Counted from the first letter of the stretch, positions 18,949 to 29,622 are shown. The stretch is 64,000 nt of DNA from Candidatus Hadarchaeota archaeon (GCA_964621445.1 CAZUNO010000003.1:96001-160000); one strand, 5' to 3'. Notes: a model not told the origin generated them from the sequence alone. Program-made: numbers and translations.

Positions 18949-21021
18949 GTGAACAACGACTCCACCCTGATCATAGCCGAGAAGCCAAGCACGGCCAAGA
19001 GCCTCGCTCGGGCACTGGGAACCCTATCGAAAAACAAAATGGAGACCAAGAAGAAAAGGGACATTAACTACTACGAGGTTACCGTCGATGACCAGCGGCA
19101 CGTGATATGCCCCGCTGCCGGACATCTATACGGAATATCCCAGAAAGGCTCAGGCTGGAAATATCCGGTATTTGATATAGAGTGGAAACCGACTTCGGAG
19201 ATCAAAAAAAGCAACAGCTACTCCAAGCCCTATCTTGATAACTTCATAGAGCTCTCAAAAAAATGCTCATCCTTCATTTCGGCCACGGATTATGACCGGG
19301 AAGGTTCCGTAATCGCCTATAATATACTACGCCTGGCATGCGGAACTGAAAGGGCCAAGAGAATGAAATTCTCGACCCTCACCGTTTCGGATCTAGTTGA
19401 ATCCTTCAAGTCGGCCAGCCAGGACCTGGATAGGGGGCAGATCAATTCCGGGCTGGCCAGGCACGTCCTGGACTGGTACTGGGGGGTAAATATTACCAGG
19501 GCGCTTACCCTCTCGGTTAAACCCCATATCAAAGGCTTCGACGTCATATCCTCTGGTAGGGTTCAGGGACCAACTCTCAAAATATTGACCGAACGGGAAA
19601 AGGAGATTCAGAATTTCGAGCCCCGGAAGTACTGGACCCTTGAACTGGACTGCGTTCACCAAGGGATCGAAGTCACGGCCGTCAGTCAGCCTAAAAGAAT
19701 ATGGGATGAGGATAAAGCAAAAGAGATTTTCGAGCGCTGCCAGGGGAAGCCTGCCCTAATCAAGGAGGTCAGTAGGAGGGTATCAAATGTTCCGCCTCCC
19801 ACCCCCTTCGATCTCACCACCCTACAGTCCGAAGCATATAGACATTTCAGATTCTCGCCCAGAAAGACGAATACGCTGGCCCAAAGACTATACGAATCGG
19901 CCCTCATATCATATCCTCGTACCAGCTCACAGAAGATTCCCCCCTCCATCGGCTACAAGGAGATTCTCAAGCAGCTCTCGAAACAGAAGTCATTCCAGGA
20001 ACACTGCCAGGAACTGCTATCCAGATCCAAGATCAGCCCCAGACAGGGAAAGAAGACCGACCCAGCTCATCCGGCCATCTATCCCACGGGGTCGAGGCCC
20101 GGGAAACTGGCCAAGGACCAATGGAAGTTGTACGACCTGGTTTGTAGAAGATTTTTCTCTACCTTCGGCAAGCCCGCCAAACGGGAATCCATGCGAATCC
20201 GGATATTGGTCGAAAAGCAGCCGTTCCGGTGTAGCGGCAGCCGTACCACGGAAGAGAATTGGATGAGATTTTACGGACCCTACGCAAAATACAAGGAAAA
20301 TGTGATGCCCGATCTAAAAGAGGGCATGGAGGTCAAGGTTCTCAAACTAAGGAATAAGGGAAAAAAGACCAAGCCTCCCAGGAGGTTCACCCAGGCATCC
20401 TTGATCCGGGAAATGGAAAAAAGGCAGCTGGGGACCAAGGCCACACGGGCATCGATTGTACAGACATTATATGATAGGGGTTACGTGAGGGGAAAAAGCC
20501 TGGAGGCCACCAAGCTGGGGATGTCCGTGGTAGATACACTATCCAAGCACTGTCCCGGGGTGGTCTCTGAGAAACTCACCGCGCAGTTCGAGAAAGAGAT
20601 GGAATCCATAGAGAAGGAGGACACGGACAGGGAAGAGGTTCTAGTAAAGGCAAAGGAGACCCTGACCGAGATACTGGAGAATTTCAAGGAAAAGGAGCAG
20701 GCCATTGGAAAGGCCCTGGCAGAGGCTTCAAAGGAAACCAAGGCCAGAAACAAGCAAGTGGCCCCTTGTCCGGAATGCGGGAAGATGCTTAAGTTCGTTA
20801 CATCCAAGAGGACGGGCAAGAGATTTATTGGCTGTAATGGCTACTCGGATGGTTGTAGATATTCCGCACCCTTACCTCAGAGGGGAAAGCTTTCGGTTAC
20901 CCGAAGGGAGTGTAAGGCCTGTGGAATGCCCATGATAAAGGTATATAGAAAAGGCAAGAGGCCCTGGACCTTCTGCTTCAACTTGGAATGCCCCAAAAAG
21001 AAAGAGGAGGAAGAAGAGTGA
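18949..21021 (+). CDS. topA: DNA topoisomerase I (type IA, archaeal)
   Basis: IIAEKP, ATDYDREG, SSGRVQGP, ISYPRT (catalytic Tyr), LGTKATR and C-terminal Zn ribbons; GTG 18949 taken as start. Confidence 0.95.
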   Translation: MNNDSTLIIAEKPSTAKSLARALGTLSKNKMETKKKRDINYYEVTVDDQRHVICPAAGHLYGISQKGSGWKYPVFDIEWKPTSEIKKSNSYSKPYLDNFIELSKKCSSFISATDYDREGSVIAYNILRLACGTERAKRMKFSTLTVSDLVESFKSASQDLDRGQINSGLARHVLDWYWGVNITRALTLSVKPHIKGFDVISSGRVQGPTLKILTEREKEIQNFEPRKYWTLELDCVHQGIEVTAVSQPKRIWDEDKAKEIFERCQGKPALIKEVSRRVSNVPPPTPFDLTTLQSEAYRHFRFSPRKTNTLAQRLYESALISYPRTSSQKIPPSIGYKEILKQLSKQKSFQEHCQELLSRSKISPRQGKKTDPAHPAIYPTGSRPGKLAKDQWKLYDLVCRRFFSTFGKPAKRESMRIRILVEKQPFRCSGSRTTEENWMRFYGPYAKYKENVMPDLKEGMEVKVLKLRNKGKKTKPPRRFTQASLIREMEKRQLGTKATRASIVQTLYDRGYVRGKSLEATKLGMSVVDTLSKHCPGVVSEKLTAQFEKEMESIEKEDTDREEVLVKAKETLTEILENFKEKEQAIGKALAEASKETKARNKQVAPCPECGKMLKFVTSKRTGKRFIGCNGYSDGCRYSAPLPQRGKLSVTRRECKACGMPMIKVYRKGKRPWTFCFNLECPKKKEEEEE

Positions 21022-21251
21022 CCAACGGAAAGAAATCAACAGATAGGGAGAAGCCAGAGCAACCCCTTGATGTGCTGGGTTCCATGACCGACAAGGAGAT
21101 ATTCATCAGGCTTATGGATAGGACCGAGGTTGTTGGCAGGCTGCGGGACTTCGATTCCTACATGAACCTTAAGATACATCTGGAGGAGCGGGACCTCTTA
21201 ATCCGGGGTAATAACATAGCCCTCATAGCCACCGAATGGCAAGACAAGTAA
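21018..21251 (+). CDS. Sm-like (Lsm) archaeal protein
   Basis: PLDVL, GRLRDFDSYMNL (Sm1) and LIRGNNI (Sm2); GTGA overlap with the topA stop. Confidence 0.85.
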   Translation: MTNGKKSTDREKPEQPLDVLGSMTDKEIFIRLMDRTEVVGRLRDFDSYMNLKIHLEERDLLIRGNNIALIATEWQDK

Positions 21252-21267
21252 TTTCTGGGGTTTTCTC

Positions 21268-21984
21268 GTGGTCCGAGCAGTCTGTTTCGACCTAGATGAT
21301 ACACTCTATGACTACCGAGGGGTCATGTCAGGATGTGAGGAGTACCTATCTCGGGTGGTAGGTGAACGCGTAGGGATGGCCGCCGAGAGATGCAAGTCCC
21401 AATACTTCAGAATGAAAAAGGACCTTTACCAGAACGATCCTACCAATCCAGAGATATTCAGCTTTAAAAAAAGGATTTCGCTTCTATTTTCCCGTCTTGA
21501 TTATGAGGTCAGCCCTCCTACTGTTGACAGGTTGTTCTCCGATTTATGGCAGAAATTCCTGGTCAAGATCGAGCCCTATCCCGGCGTGGAGTCGGTGCTA
21601 AAGACGGCCCGAGCCCGGGAGATGTCGATAGCCATAGTTTCCAACGGTACCAGGGAGCAACAGACCTCCAAACTACAGGCGCTAGGGCTACTGGGAATGG
21701 CGAATGTAGAGGTTTTCTCCGAAGATGTTGGCACAAATAAGCCCGAACTTCCCATCTTCAGGAGAACCATCCGGGAATTGATCCTCCCGCCCGGGGAATG
21801 CTTGATGGTCGGGGATCATTGCAGGGTCGATGTTAAGGGTGGAAACCGGGCTGGTATGATTACCTGTTGGTTGAAAATGGGAGCCCACTCCAATATAGAA
21901 CCCGAGGGAAAGGAGGACATCCCGGATTTCACCATTCATCAAATCGCAAACCTAACCGGCGTCTTTCAAGCACTTCAGTCCTGA
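21268..21984 (+). CDS. HAD-superfamily hydrolase
   Basis: FDLDDTL, VSNG, KP and MVGD..DV.G motifs. Confidence 0.9.
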   Translation: MVRAVCFDLDDTLYDYRGVMSGCEEYLSRVVGERVGMAAERCKSQYFRMKKDLYQNDPTNPEIFSFKKRISLLFSRLDYEVSPPTVDRLFSDLWQKFLVKIEPYPGVESVLKTARAREMSIAIVSNGTREQQTSKLQALGLLGMANVEVFSEDVGTNKPELPIFRRTIRELILPPGECLMVGDHCRVDVKGGNRAGMITCWLKMGAHSNIEPEGKEDIPDFTIHQIANLTGVFQALQS

Positions 21985-22367
21985 AAATCGGTCTTCCAGG
22001 CCTTGCCCTTCTTTCTGCGGCCCGGAGTTCGCCAATGGACTACCACTGCGGCGATGAAGCAGAGAAAGGATACCAGGAGTAACCACATGAGGTCCCCTCT
22101 TCTCAATCTCCAGAAAAGCAGCAACAGAAAGATACTCAATGAGGAAAGGATGAGAGCGTAGTCGGATACCAGGCTCAAAACTATCGATCCCGTCCCCAGC
22201 AGCGCGCCGGCCGTGATCAGGCTGAGAACGAAATTCTCGACGCTGGTCTGGGGAAAAATGATGAAAAGGCCCATTATTATCAGGGAAAGGCTGGTGAGAG
22301 ATATGCCGATTACCGATGATCCCCATCCTCCCTCCAAAGGAACCTCTTTTTCCGGCAGATCCGACAT
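21975..22367 (-). CDS. Small multi-TM membrane protein
   Basis: About four hydrophobic helices; ATG 22367 taken as start. Confidence 0.55.
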   Translation of the reverse strand: MSDLPEKEVPLEGGWGSSVIGISLTSLSLIIMGLFIIFPQTSVENFVLSLITAGALLGTGSIVLSLVSDYALILSSLSIFLLLLFWRLRRGDLMWLLLVSFLCFIAAVVVHWRTPGRRKKGKAWKTDFQD

Positions 22368-22461
22368 GCTTGAATCTTTGAACCGGGTTATATAACTGGA
22401 ACTACTTACCCAGATTTTGGCGTATTTCTGAAACACTTAATACCCGGCTATTCTGCCTAAT

Positions 22462-22668
22462 ATGTGGGTTTGGCTTTTGGTTGAGGATCATAGGCACTGC
22501 CTATCATGCGGTCGAGCAATATCTAGAAAGGAACAGTTCTGCAGCGCTGAATGCGAAGAGAATTTCATGACCCAAACGCAGAAGGAAAGAAGAAGGAACA
22601 TAATATTCCTCATAGTCCTGGCAATGTTCATTTCACTCGTATTCATAATTCAGATTTTCTACGGTTGA
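22462..22668 (+). CDS. DUF2116-family Zn-ribbon membrane protein
   Basis: HRHCLSCGRAI..FCSAEC followed by a C-terminal TM. Confidence 0.8.
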   Translation: MWVWLLVEDHRHCLSCGRAISRKEQFCSAECEENFMTQTQKERRRNIIFLIVLAMFISLVFIIQIFYG

Positions 22669-23798
22669 CCAGTTTGGCGGAGAACGACAATCATATTCTT
22701 TCCCTGATCAAGCGAATTACGAAGCTAGGGCCGAGGACCCCTGGTTCGGAAGCCGAGATCTCCTGTCACCGGCTTGTGGAGCAGGAGCTGAAAGGCATCG
22801 ATGGTGGAGACATAAACATCGATGAATTTTCCTTCGATAGATGGGTCCCTGAAAAACAAAGTTTAAGGGACCGCAGGGGGAAAGATATTCCGATTCGCCA
22901 GCTCGGCTATTCCGGGTCGGGAGAAGTGGGAGCGCCTTTACGTTTCTGTGAAAACGGAACCAAGGAGGATTGCCAAGGCGCCGAGGGCTGCATTGCGGTA
23001 TGCTCCTCTGGGCCGGGTCGTTACAAATTTCTACACCGGATAAAGAAATACAACAATTCATTACAAGCCGGGGCCTCGGGATTCATTCTAGTGGGAAACC
23101 TGGGACACGGAGCTCCCATGGGAATTATCAGGAAGAGGAAGGCCGGGAAGTTACCCGCGGTTTCAATCTCCTATGATGAATCCCGGAAACTACGATACGA
23201 TCTAGCCGAGGAGTATTCGCTCAGCGTAGAGAACCGGATTATAAAATCCCGGACGAGAAATACCAGCTGGATCCTAGATGGACGGGAGCCCGGCATCATA
23301 CTTTCAGCCCATTGCGACAGCTGGGGACCAGGCGCCTGGGACAATGCCTCCGGTGTGGCCCTTCTGCTCAGTGTGGCAACGAGGTTGCTGAGCGTGGAGA
23401 TCGAACACCAGGTCCATATCGTATTCACCGGCGGCGAGGAATTCGGTTTGTGGGGCTCGCGGCGTCTGGCCCAACTTGCCCCACAGGATTACGTATTTGC
23501 CATCAACGTGGACGGGGTTGGATTATCCGGAAGTAGCTTACAGGTGAGGTGCAGTGATACCGATCTTTCCAGTATTCCTCCGCTTCGGAATATCTATTCC
23601 AGGCTTCCACTTACCACTTCAGGCGACCACTGGTCCTTCCATAAAGCGGGCATCCGAACCCTGTTTGTTACCTGCAATGGAACCAATACCGTCCAACATA
23701 CGGACCAAGACCGGCCGCATTGCCTCAATGCAGATAAATTACAGTCTTCTCTATCTCTTATTATCGAAATGGTTGCCTATCTGGACTCCATTGCCTAA
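22665..23798 (+). CDS. M28-family metallopeptidase with PA domain
   Basis: GPR.PGS.AE, SAHCDS, GAWDNASG, GEEFGL.GS, INVDG and SGDH. Confidence 0.88.
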   Translation: MTSLAENDNHILSLIKRITKLGPRTPGSEAEISCHRLVEQELKGIDGGDINIDEFSFDRWVPEKQSLRDRRGKDIPIRQLGYSGSGEVGAPLRFCENGTKEDCQGAEGCIAVCSSGPGRYKFLHRIKKYNNSLQAGASGFILVGNLGHGAPMGIIRKRKAGKLPAVSISYDESRKLRYDLAEEYSLSVENRIIKSRTRNTSWILDGREPGIILSAHCDSWGPGAWDNASGVALLLSVATRLLSVEIEHQVHIVFTGGEEFGLWGSRRLAQLAPQDYVFAINVDGVGLSGSSLQVRCSDTDLSSIPPLRNIYSRLPLTTSGDHWSFHKAGIRTLFVTCNGTNTVQHTDQDRPHCLNADKLQSSLSLIIEMVAYLDSIA

Positions 23799-23954
23799 AA
23801 TTAAGGATTTGGGCAGGTTCTGGACCAAAAAAGAGCCACTGCAAAACATTTATATAGAAAACACCGGACTCCGCCCCAACTCTAGCTACTGGCTGTAGCG
23901 GAGTGTAATATTCCCTGAGGTGGGCTTTTGTTTCAAGGCGTGATTGTCTGGCAG

Positions 23955-25487
23955 ATGAGCGCACTGGACATAATTCTTGCCGCTCTTTGGCTCGTTATCA
24001 TCCTGTTCGTTGCGTTCTACGGTAGTCGGTACTCAAGAGGAACGTGGATGGAATATATCATCGGAGGGAAAAGATTCCCCTGGTGGTACGTGAGCATAGC
24101 TAGTGTCGCTCAGGTCAAGCCCACCACGCCAATTACTACAATTGCTAAGATCTCCCAGTATGGTCTTCTCAGCGTTTTCACGGTTGGCTACCCGTACGGG
24201 GTAGCCCAGATGTATTTCAATACCCGTGTTTACTACCGTACTGGTGCTATCACCAGCAACCAGTGGCTGGATCTCAGGTTCGGGGGAAAGCCGGGTGCAT
24301 TCCTCCGGGGCTACAATGCCCTTCATGCAATGTTTGTCAGCGGACCGATAACTCTTGGAATGACCGCCAAGCTGGTGGGTGAAGCAATGTACCAGCTGGC
24401 CGGAATTAACGACATGGTCTGGTCCGGAATACAACTTTATATTGGTGCCTGGCTCCTTCCGGTTCTAGCCGGTATATGGGGAATCACTTGGACAAGTCTT
24501 CTTCTCTATCCTCTAATTATGGTGATGTACGGTCTTCTGACCTACTTCGCATGGACCACCGCAGGTGGATATCAGGGGATTATGTCATCCTTCCAGGCGT
24601 GGGGTAACCCGTATAACCTACGTATCCTGGGTTTCACCGAGGACTGGCCACTTGGTATGTGGCTAGGAGGATGGGCCTTTGCCCTGATCGGTGGAACTGG
24701 TGCCTACGGCCGTTGGGGTCCCATGAGAGGTTGGGGAGTCCTGGGCGCTAAGAGTGAAGACGACGCGTTGGTCGGTAATACGTTTGGTAAGAGAATACTA
24801 GCCTGGCCAGCTACGCTTATAACAATACCCATGGCATTAGCTACCATGGTTCACTTCCCGGAGATCGCCTTCGAGGAGCTAGCATTTGGTAAGTTAGTCC
24901 GTATCCTGTTGCCATCAGGTCTAATGGGGCTCTTCGTTGGAGTTTGGCTGACTCCGGTACTTATCACCGCTCAAGTAGGTAGAATTTGGCAGGGAGGAAC
25001 CTTCTCTAACGACTTCTATAGAAGGCTGGTTGCTCCTGGAAAATCCGATAGACACTATATCTGGATCACTAGGATATCCCTTCTGGGTTCCAGTGCTCTA
25101 GCTATGATGTATGCCTACTACACCTACCAGGTGGTTCCGGTCATGTTCTGGTGGGCCACTTTGAATGCAGGCCACGCCATAAGCGGGCTAGCCACATGGT
25201 ACTGGTGGAGATGGGGTGGATGGATCGCACTTCTTACCAGTTTGGTCCATTACCCGATCAATATAGTTATCATGAACGTGTTCGAAGGAGCATATCCTGT
25301 ATACACCCTGCAGTGGATCATAATGGTCCTTGCATGGTTCCCAGCGATGCTGCTGGTATGGATACTGCCGCCTTCATCCCCGGATGTATTGATGGATTAC
25401 TACAGGAGGACCCGGCCACCGGGCTTCTGGGGACACATCAAGCTGCAAGTGGAGGAGCTGGAGAGAGCGGCAACCAGCGGACTGTGA
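23955..25487 (+). CDS. Sodium:solute symporter family protein (main body)
   Basis: Y.IGGKRFPWW, LDLRFGG, LP.GLMGL, NDFYRR and YYRRTRPPGFWG; many TM helices. Confidence 0.85.
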   Translation: MSALDIILAALWLVIILFVAFYGSRYSRGTWMEYIIGGKRFPWWYVSIASVAQVKPTTPITTIAKISQYGLLSVFTVGYPYGVAQMYFNTRVYYRTGAITSNQWLDLRFGGKPGAFLRGYNALHAMFVSGPITLGMTAKLVGEAMYQLAGINDMVWSGIQLYIGAWLLPVLAGIWGITWTSLLLYPLIMVMYGLLTYFAWTTAGGYQGIMSSFQAWGNPYNLRILGFTEDWPLGMWLGGWAFALIGGTGAYGRWGPMRGWGVLGAKSEDDALVGNTFGKRILAWPATLITIPMALATMVHFPEIAFEELAFGKLVRILLPSGLMGLFVGVWLTPVLITAQVGRIWQGGTFSNDFYRRLVAPGKSDRHYIWITRISLLGSSALAMMYAYYTYQVVPVMFWWATLNAGHAISGLATWYWWRWGGWIALLTSLVHYPINIVIMNVFEGAYPVYTLQWIIMVLAWFPAMLLVWILPPSSPDVLMDYYRRTRPPGFWGHIKLQVEELERAATSGL

Positions 25488-25498
25488 GGTGACGAAGG

Positions 25499-25708
25499 AT
25501 GCAGAAATGGATTGCCAGAGATATGGTCTTCGCCCATCTGATCGGGTTTGCAGGGTACTTCCTGGGAACGGGGATCGTCCTATGGCTGGTTACACCGTAT
25601 AAGGCCGTCGGTCAGCTCATGATCCCCTCCAGCTTGATCTTTTTCATCCTTTACGTATGGGATGTCAAGAAGCACGGGATGTGGCCCAGCGCCGAGATTA
25701 TGGGCTAG
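25499..25708 (+). CDS. 2-TM protein, probably the separately encoded C-terminal hairpin of the symporter
   Basis: GAGGTGA SD before ATG; two hydrophobic helices; directly follows the SSS gene. Confidence 0.6.
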   Translation: MQKWIARDMVFAHLIGFAGYFLGTGIVLWLVTPYKAVGQLMIPSSLIFFILYVWDVKKHGMWPSAEIMG

Positions 25709-25769
25709 CCCGTGCCCACCAAATCTTTTTATGGTCGGATAAGACATACGAATGTTCAGGTGAGGACCC

Positions 25770-26069
25770 ATGGCAGCCTTGGAAGTATACGCAATTGAGA
25801 ATATGGAGGACCTGTACATTGTCCAGGTCAAGAACACATTGGCTAGGGCGGTCACCCTCCCTAGGGGCAGTGTAATCAGATTCAGAGCCTTCCACTGGGA
25901 CGGTACGGTAACCGTGGACGAGCTGGAGATCGAGGATGACATCATCATCGGTGCCAGAGACATACACCGGTTCGAGGTCGAAGGAGAAGGCACCTGGGCC
26001 GGTGACAGGGCCGAGATGATCTACGAGACCAAGGAGTTCGGAAAGCAACAGACGGTCTACAGAGTATGA
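25770..26069 (+). CDS. Hypothetical beta-rich protein
   Basis: AGGTGAGG SD, ATG start, plausible composition. Confidence 0.6.
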   Translation: MAALEVYAIENMEDLYIVQVKNTLARAVTLPRGSVIRFRAFHWDGTVTVDELEIEDDIIIGARDIHRFEVEGEGTWAGDRAEMIYETKEFGKQQTVYRV

Positions 26070-26143
26070 AGCCAGCGCCAGAGACCCAACCCGGGGAGAG
26101 CATTAGCTCTGAATATCCAGCACCCATTACTTGACCAGCTGGT

Positions 26144-27247
26144 ATGTCTATGGCTTCCAAGGTGTATAGGTCCGGCGTGGAAAACCTCATTTCCAATCTA
26201 CCCCAGCACCTGGAGACATCCTTTTCCGGTAAACTGGAAAAATCCGATGCCGTAGCTGTGAAGCTACATATGGGCGAACAGGGAAACGCTCGATACATAA
26301 GGCCCTCCATTGTAAGGACCATTACCGATTGGTTGAAATCAAGGGGTGCTGAACCCTTTTTAACCGATTCCACCACCCTCTATCGGCGTGAGAGAGGAAC
26401 TCTTTTCGATTACCTCCGTACGGCGGCTACACACGGCTTCACATCGGAAACAATGGGCTGTCCGGTGCTCATAGCCGATGGCATAAAGAGCACCGGCCGG
26501 GTGGTCAAGGTCGATAGCTCATTAAAGATGGAGAACGTTCCAGTATCCTCAATTATATTCCAGGCCGACGCCATGATATCACTTAGTCACGTCACCCTAC
26601 ACCCCGATGTTATCCCCGCGGCAAGCCTGAAGAACATGGCCATGGGGTGCACCACCAAGGAGGCCAAGATGAAGATGCACGCCTCCGACGCCAAGCCCCA
26701 GTTTATCACCCAGAACTGCACCGGGTGTGGAACCTGCGTCAGGCACTGCCCCGCAGATGCGATCACGCTGGTGGATGGCAAGGCACGCTTCGATCCCGAA
26801 CTCTGTGTTTCCTGTGCCGAGTGCATAGCATTTTGCAACTACGGGGCCATAAAGGTGAACTGGAGCGCCCTGTCCAGGGACGTGTGTCGGGGAGTCCTCG
26901 ATGCCGCGCGCGCCGTTCTTTCAACCTTCCAGCCGGGCAAGGTGGTCTCCATTAACCTTGGTTATGATATAACAGAGGAATGCGATTGCGGCGGGCGGAG
27001 CAGTCCGCCGGTGGTAACGGATTTCGGCGTGCTCTCGGGGTCGGATCCCGTGGCCGTGGACAGGGCCACTGCCGATATGCTAAATACCCAGCCCCTTTAC
27101 CCCGGGGGAGCCATGGAGAAATTCGCCAAGGTGGAAGATAGGATATCCGCCCTCAAGCCCCAGGTAAAATGGATGGATTTCCTGGATCAGGCGGAGGCCT
27201 CCGGACTGGGTTCCCAGGAATACGAGCTTGAATCTCTTTCTCAATAG
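26144..27247 (+). CDS. DUF362 protein with 2x[4Fe-4S] ferredoxin domain
   Basis: KLHMGE.GN, TDSTTLY, CxxCxxCxxxCP and CxxCxxCxxxC, DPVAVD. Confidence 0.88.
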   Translation: MSMASKVYRSGVENLISNLPQHLETSFSGKLEKSDAVAVKLHMGEQGNARYIRPSIVRTITDWLKSRGAEPFLTDSTTLYRRERGTLFDYLRTAATHGFTSETMGCPVLIADGIKSTGRVVKVDSSLKMENVPVSSIIFQADAMISLSHVTLHPDVIPAASLKNMAMGCTTKEAKMKMHASDAKPQFITQNCTGCGTCVRHCPADAITLVDGKARFDPELCVSCAECIAFCNYGAIKVNWSALSRDVCRGVLDAARAVLSTFQPGKVVSINLGYDITEECDCGGRSSPPVVTDFGVLSGSDPVAVDRATADMLNTQPLYPGGAMEKFAKVEDRISALKPQVKWMDFLDQAEASGLGSQEYELESLSQ

Positions 27248-27310
27248 ATGACAAACGGACTTGCCGTGCTCGTGCATGGCAGTTATTAGTACCATAGTCC
27301 ATCGTTTTCC

Positions 27311-28804
27311 ATGAACGTAATAGTTGTGATGCTGGACAGCCTGAGAAGGGATCACTTAGGCTGTTTCGGAAACGAATGGATTAACACCCCTTCCTTGGAC
27401 CGGTTCAGTGCCAAGGCTACCATCTTTGACATGGCCTATTCCGAGGGGCTTCCCACGATTCCAGTGAGAACCTCCATGTTCACCGGCCGATATACCCTTC
27501 CCTTTAGAAGGTGGCAGCCTCTGGAAAAGGGGGATGTTGTACTTGCAGAGTACCTCTGGAACAAGGGTTACCGCTCTGGACTGGTTGCCGATACCTATCA
27601 CATGCACAAACCTGAAATGTCATTCGGACGGGGTTTCGATAACGTCCTGTGGGTCCGGGGGCAGGAGACCGACCCCTACATCACGGATGACACCATAGAT
27701 ACCAACGTCGAGAAATTCAGCCCTAAGGACTGGCAGGCAGCATATTCGGGCCAGTCGGACGAGGAGGCCAGGGCAAAACTCGAGCAGTACCTCCGGAACA
27801 CCGCCCACTGGCAGGGTGAGGAGGATCATTTCGTGGCCCAGGTCATGACCACTGCCGGCGACTGGCTGGAGACCCAGGTTGAATCGGGGAGAGACGATGA
27901 GCTCTTCCTATGGGTTGACAGCTTCGATCCCCATGAGCCCTGGGATCCACCCAGTCCCTATGATGGGATGTACCCGGTGGACGAATACGACGGTCGGCCA
28001 ATAATCTGGGCAGGTGGAACCTGCGATGACTGGACTAGGGAGGAACTCAGACACTACAGGGCCCAGTACGCTGGAGAGGTATCCCTGGTCGATACCTGGG
28101 TAGGAAGATTCATGGAAAAGGTGGATTCCCTTGGACTCCTGGACGACACAATGATCGTGGTGCTCTCCGATCATGGAGAGCCACTCGGGGAACACGGGAT
28201 CGTCAAGAAGGTCAGGCCATGGCCCTATGAGGAGCTTTCTCACTTTCCACTGATGATTAGAACCCCCGATGGGGCCGGAATGGAGCCGGAGAGAATTGAC
28301 AAGTTCGTGGGGATGCCCGATATAATGCCCACAATTCTCGACTTCCTTGGTCTCGAGATCCCAGACACGGTGCAGGGAAGGAGCCTCTTCAAGGTGGTTG
28401 ACGGAGAAGCCGAGGACCCAGGGTTCGGCATTAGCGGTCACTACGGACGTTCCTGGAGTGTAAGGGATCTTGAGTGGAGTTTCTACCTCTGGCCGGGTGG
28501 AGAGGCCCCTTACACCTGGGGTATAGGATACCCGGAGCCCACGGAGGGGAAGAAAAGCCCCGAACTCTATAGGATAGACCGGGATTTCGTGCCTTCAGAG
28601 CCCAGGAAATGGGAGCTTGAGGAGGTGGCCGAGGAGGATAATGTGATTGGCCAGAATCTGGAAAGGGCCAGGTCCATGGAACTGGACCTGCGGAGATTTA
28701 TCCAATCCCTTAGGCCGTCCAAAGGTGATGTAATGGCCCAGGAAACCATGAAGACCGAATTGAGGCAGCCCTGGCTTTATGGATTGGTCAAGAAGCAGGA
28801 CTAG
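27311..28804 (+). CDS. Sulfatase/alkaline-phosphatase superfamily hydrolase with Thr at the nucleophile position
   Basis: MLDSLRRDH, PTIPVR, FDPHEPWDPP, SDHGE and HFPLMIR. Confidence 0.85.
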   Translation: MNVIVVMLDSLRRDHLGCFGNEWINTPSLDRFSAKATIFDMAYSEGLPTIPVRTSMFTGRYTLPFRRWQPLEKGDVVLAEYLWNKGYRSGLVADTYHMHKPEMSFGRGFDNVLWVRGQETDPYITDDTIDTNVEKFSPKDWQAAYSGQSDEEARAKLEQYLRNTAHWQGEEDHFVAQVMTTAGDWLETQVESGRDDELFLWVDSFDPHEPWDPPSPYDGMYPVDEYDGRPIIWAGGTCDDWTREELRHYRAQYAGEVSLVDTWVGRFMEKVDSLGLLDDTMIVVLSDHGEPLGEHGIVKKVRPWPYEELSHFPLMIRTPDGAGMEPERIDKFVGMPDIMPTILDFLGLEIPDTVQGRSLFKVVDGEAEDPGFGISGHYGRSWSVRDLEWSFYLWPGGEAPYTWGIGYPEPTEGKKSPELYRIDRDFVPSEPRKWELEEVAEEDNVIGQNLERARSMELDLRRFIQSLRPSKGDVMAQETMKTELRQPWLYGLVKKQD

Positions 28805-29622
28805 GGAGCTCTAAAATCCCTCTTAACCTCTTCCAGGCTATCCCCGGCTATCTCGTAATCCCATCCACCTAGGCCGGCCTCTACTGCCATTGATATATGC
28901 TTGATCTTCCGGGGGTCAAAGCCCATTGCCCTGGACCCCACTATATCGGTGGCCACCACATCCCTTCCGGCCAAAACCAGGCCCATGTCCACCGGGGTGC
29001 CGTCGGCTGGTCCCTCTCCCTCCATGGCCACCAGGCCATCAATAACTACCAGTGAGGGAGAGATCGCGCTATTGATGTCCAGAATGACATTTTCTATTCC
29101 CCTCATGTGATACCTGAACTTCCACTTGTTGGGCATCAGGCCGAACAGGTTCTTCATGCCCAGGGTGACCAGGGTCGTCTTGTGGGTTTTCAGTTTGGCG
29201 GCGTCCACTATATGGCTCTCGGCGACTATTCTGGGTATGCTTACGGATTCGAAAGTGTTATTGGTCGGGCACTCCAGCTCCACCCTTTCCTTTTCCCTCT
29301 TCAGATTCTTGAAAGGCACATCATGCCTCTCACATACCTCTAGCATGCCGGTCACCTCCGCCGCCTCGTCGGCATCGGTCATGTTGGCATCGCTCTCAAT
29401 TACCGCTATATCGCGATTTACCTCCCCTATCATTTCTATCAGGGTCTCGACAACCAGGGGGTCGGTCGTGGCTCCCGTCTCCCAGGTTTCCGTTGCAATG
29501 AAATTTACCTTGATTAGAACCGGTTTTTCGGTTAGATGCCCCACGCCACCGGAAAGGTCCACTGCACGCCGGACCGTGTCACCACATCTCTCACCCTTAC
29601 TTATACCCACCTTGGGAATCAT
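28801..29622 (-). CDS. DUF362 family protein
   Basis: VLIKVN, TTDP, KLKTH, TLGMKNLFG, EGEGP and DVVATD. Confidence 0.88.
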   Translation of the reverse strand: MIPKVGISKGERCGDTVRRAVDLSGGVGHLTEKPVLIKVNFIATETWETGATTDPLVVETLIEMIGEVNRDIAVIESDANMTDADEAAEVTGMLEVCERHDVPFKNLKREKERVELECPTNNTFESVSIPRIVAESHIVDAAKLKTHKTTLVTLGMKNLFGLMPNKWKFRYHMRGIENVILDINSAISPSLVVIDGLVAMEGEGPADGTPVDMGLVLAGRDVVATDIVGSRAMGFDPRKIKHISMAVEAGLGGWDYEIAGDSLEEVKRDFRAP

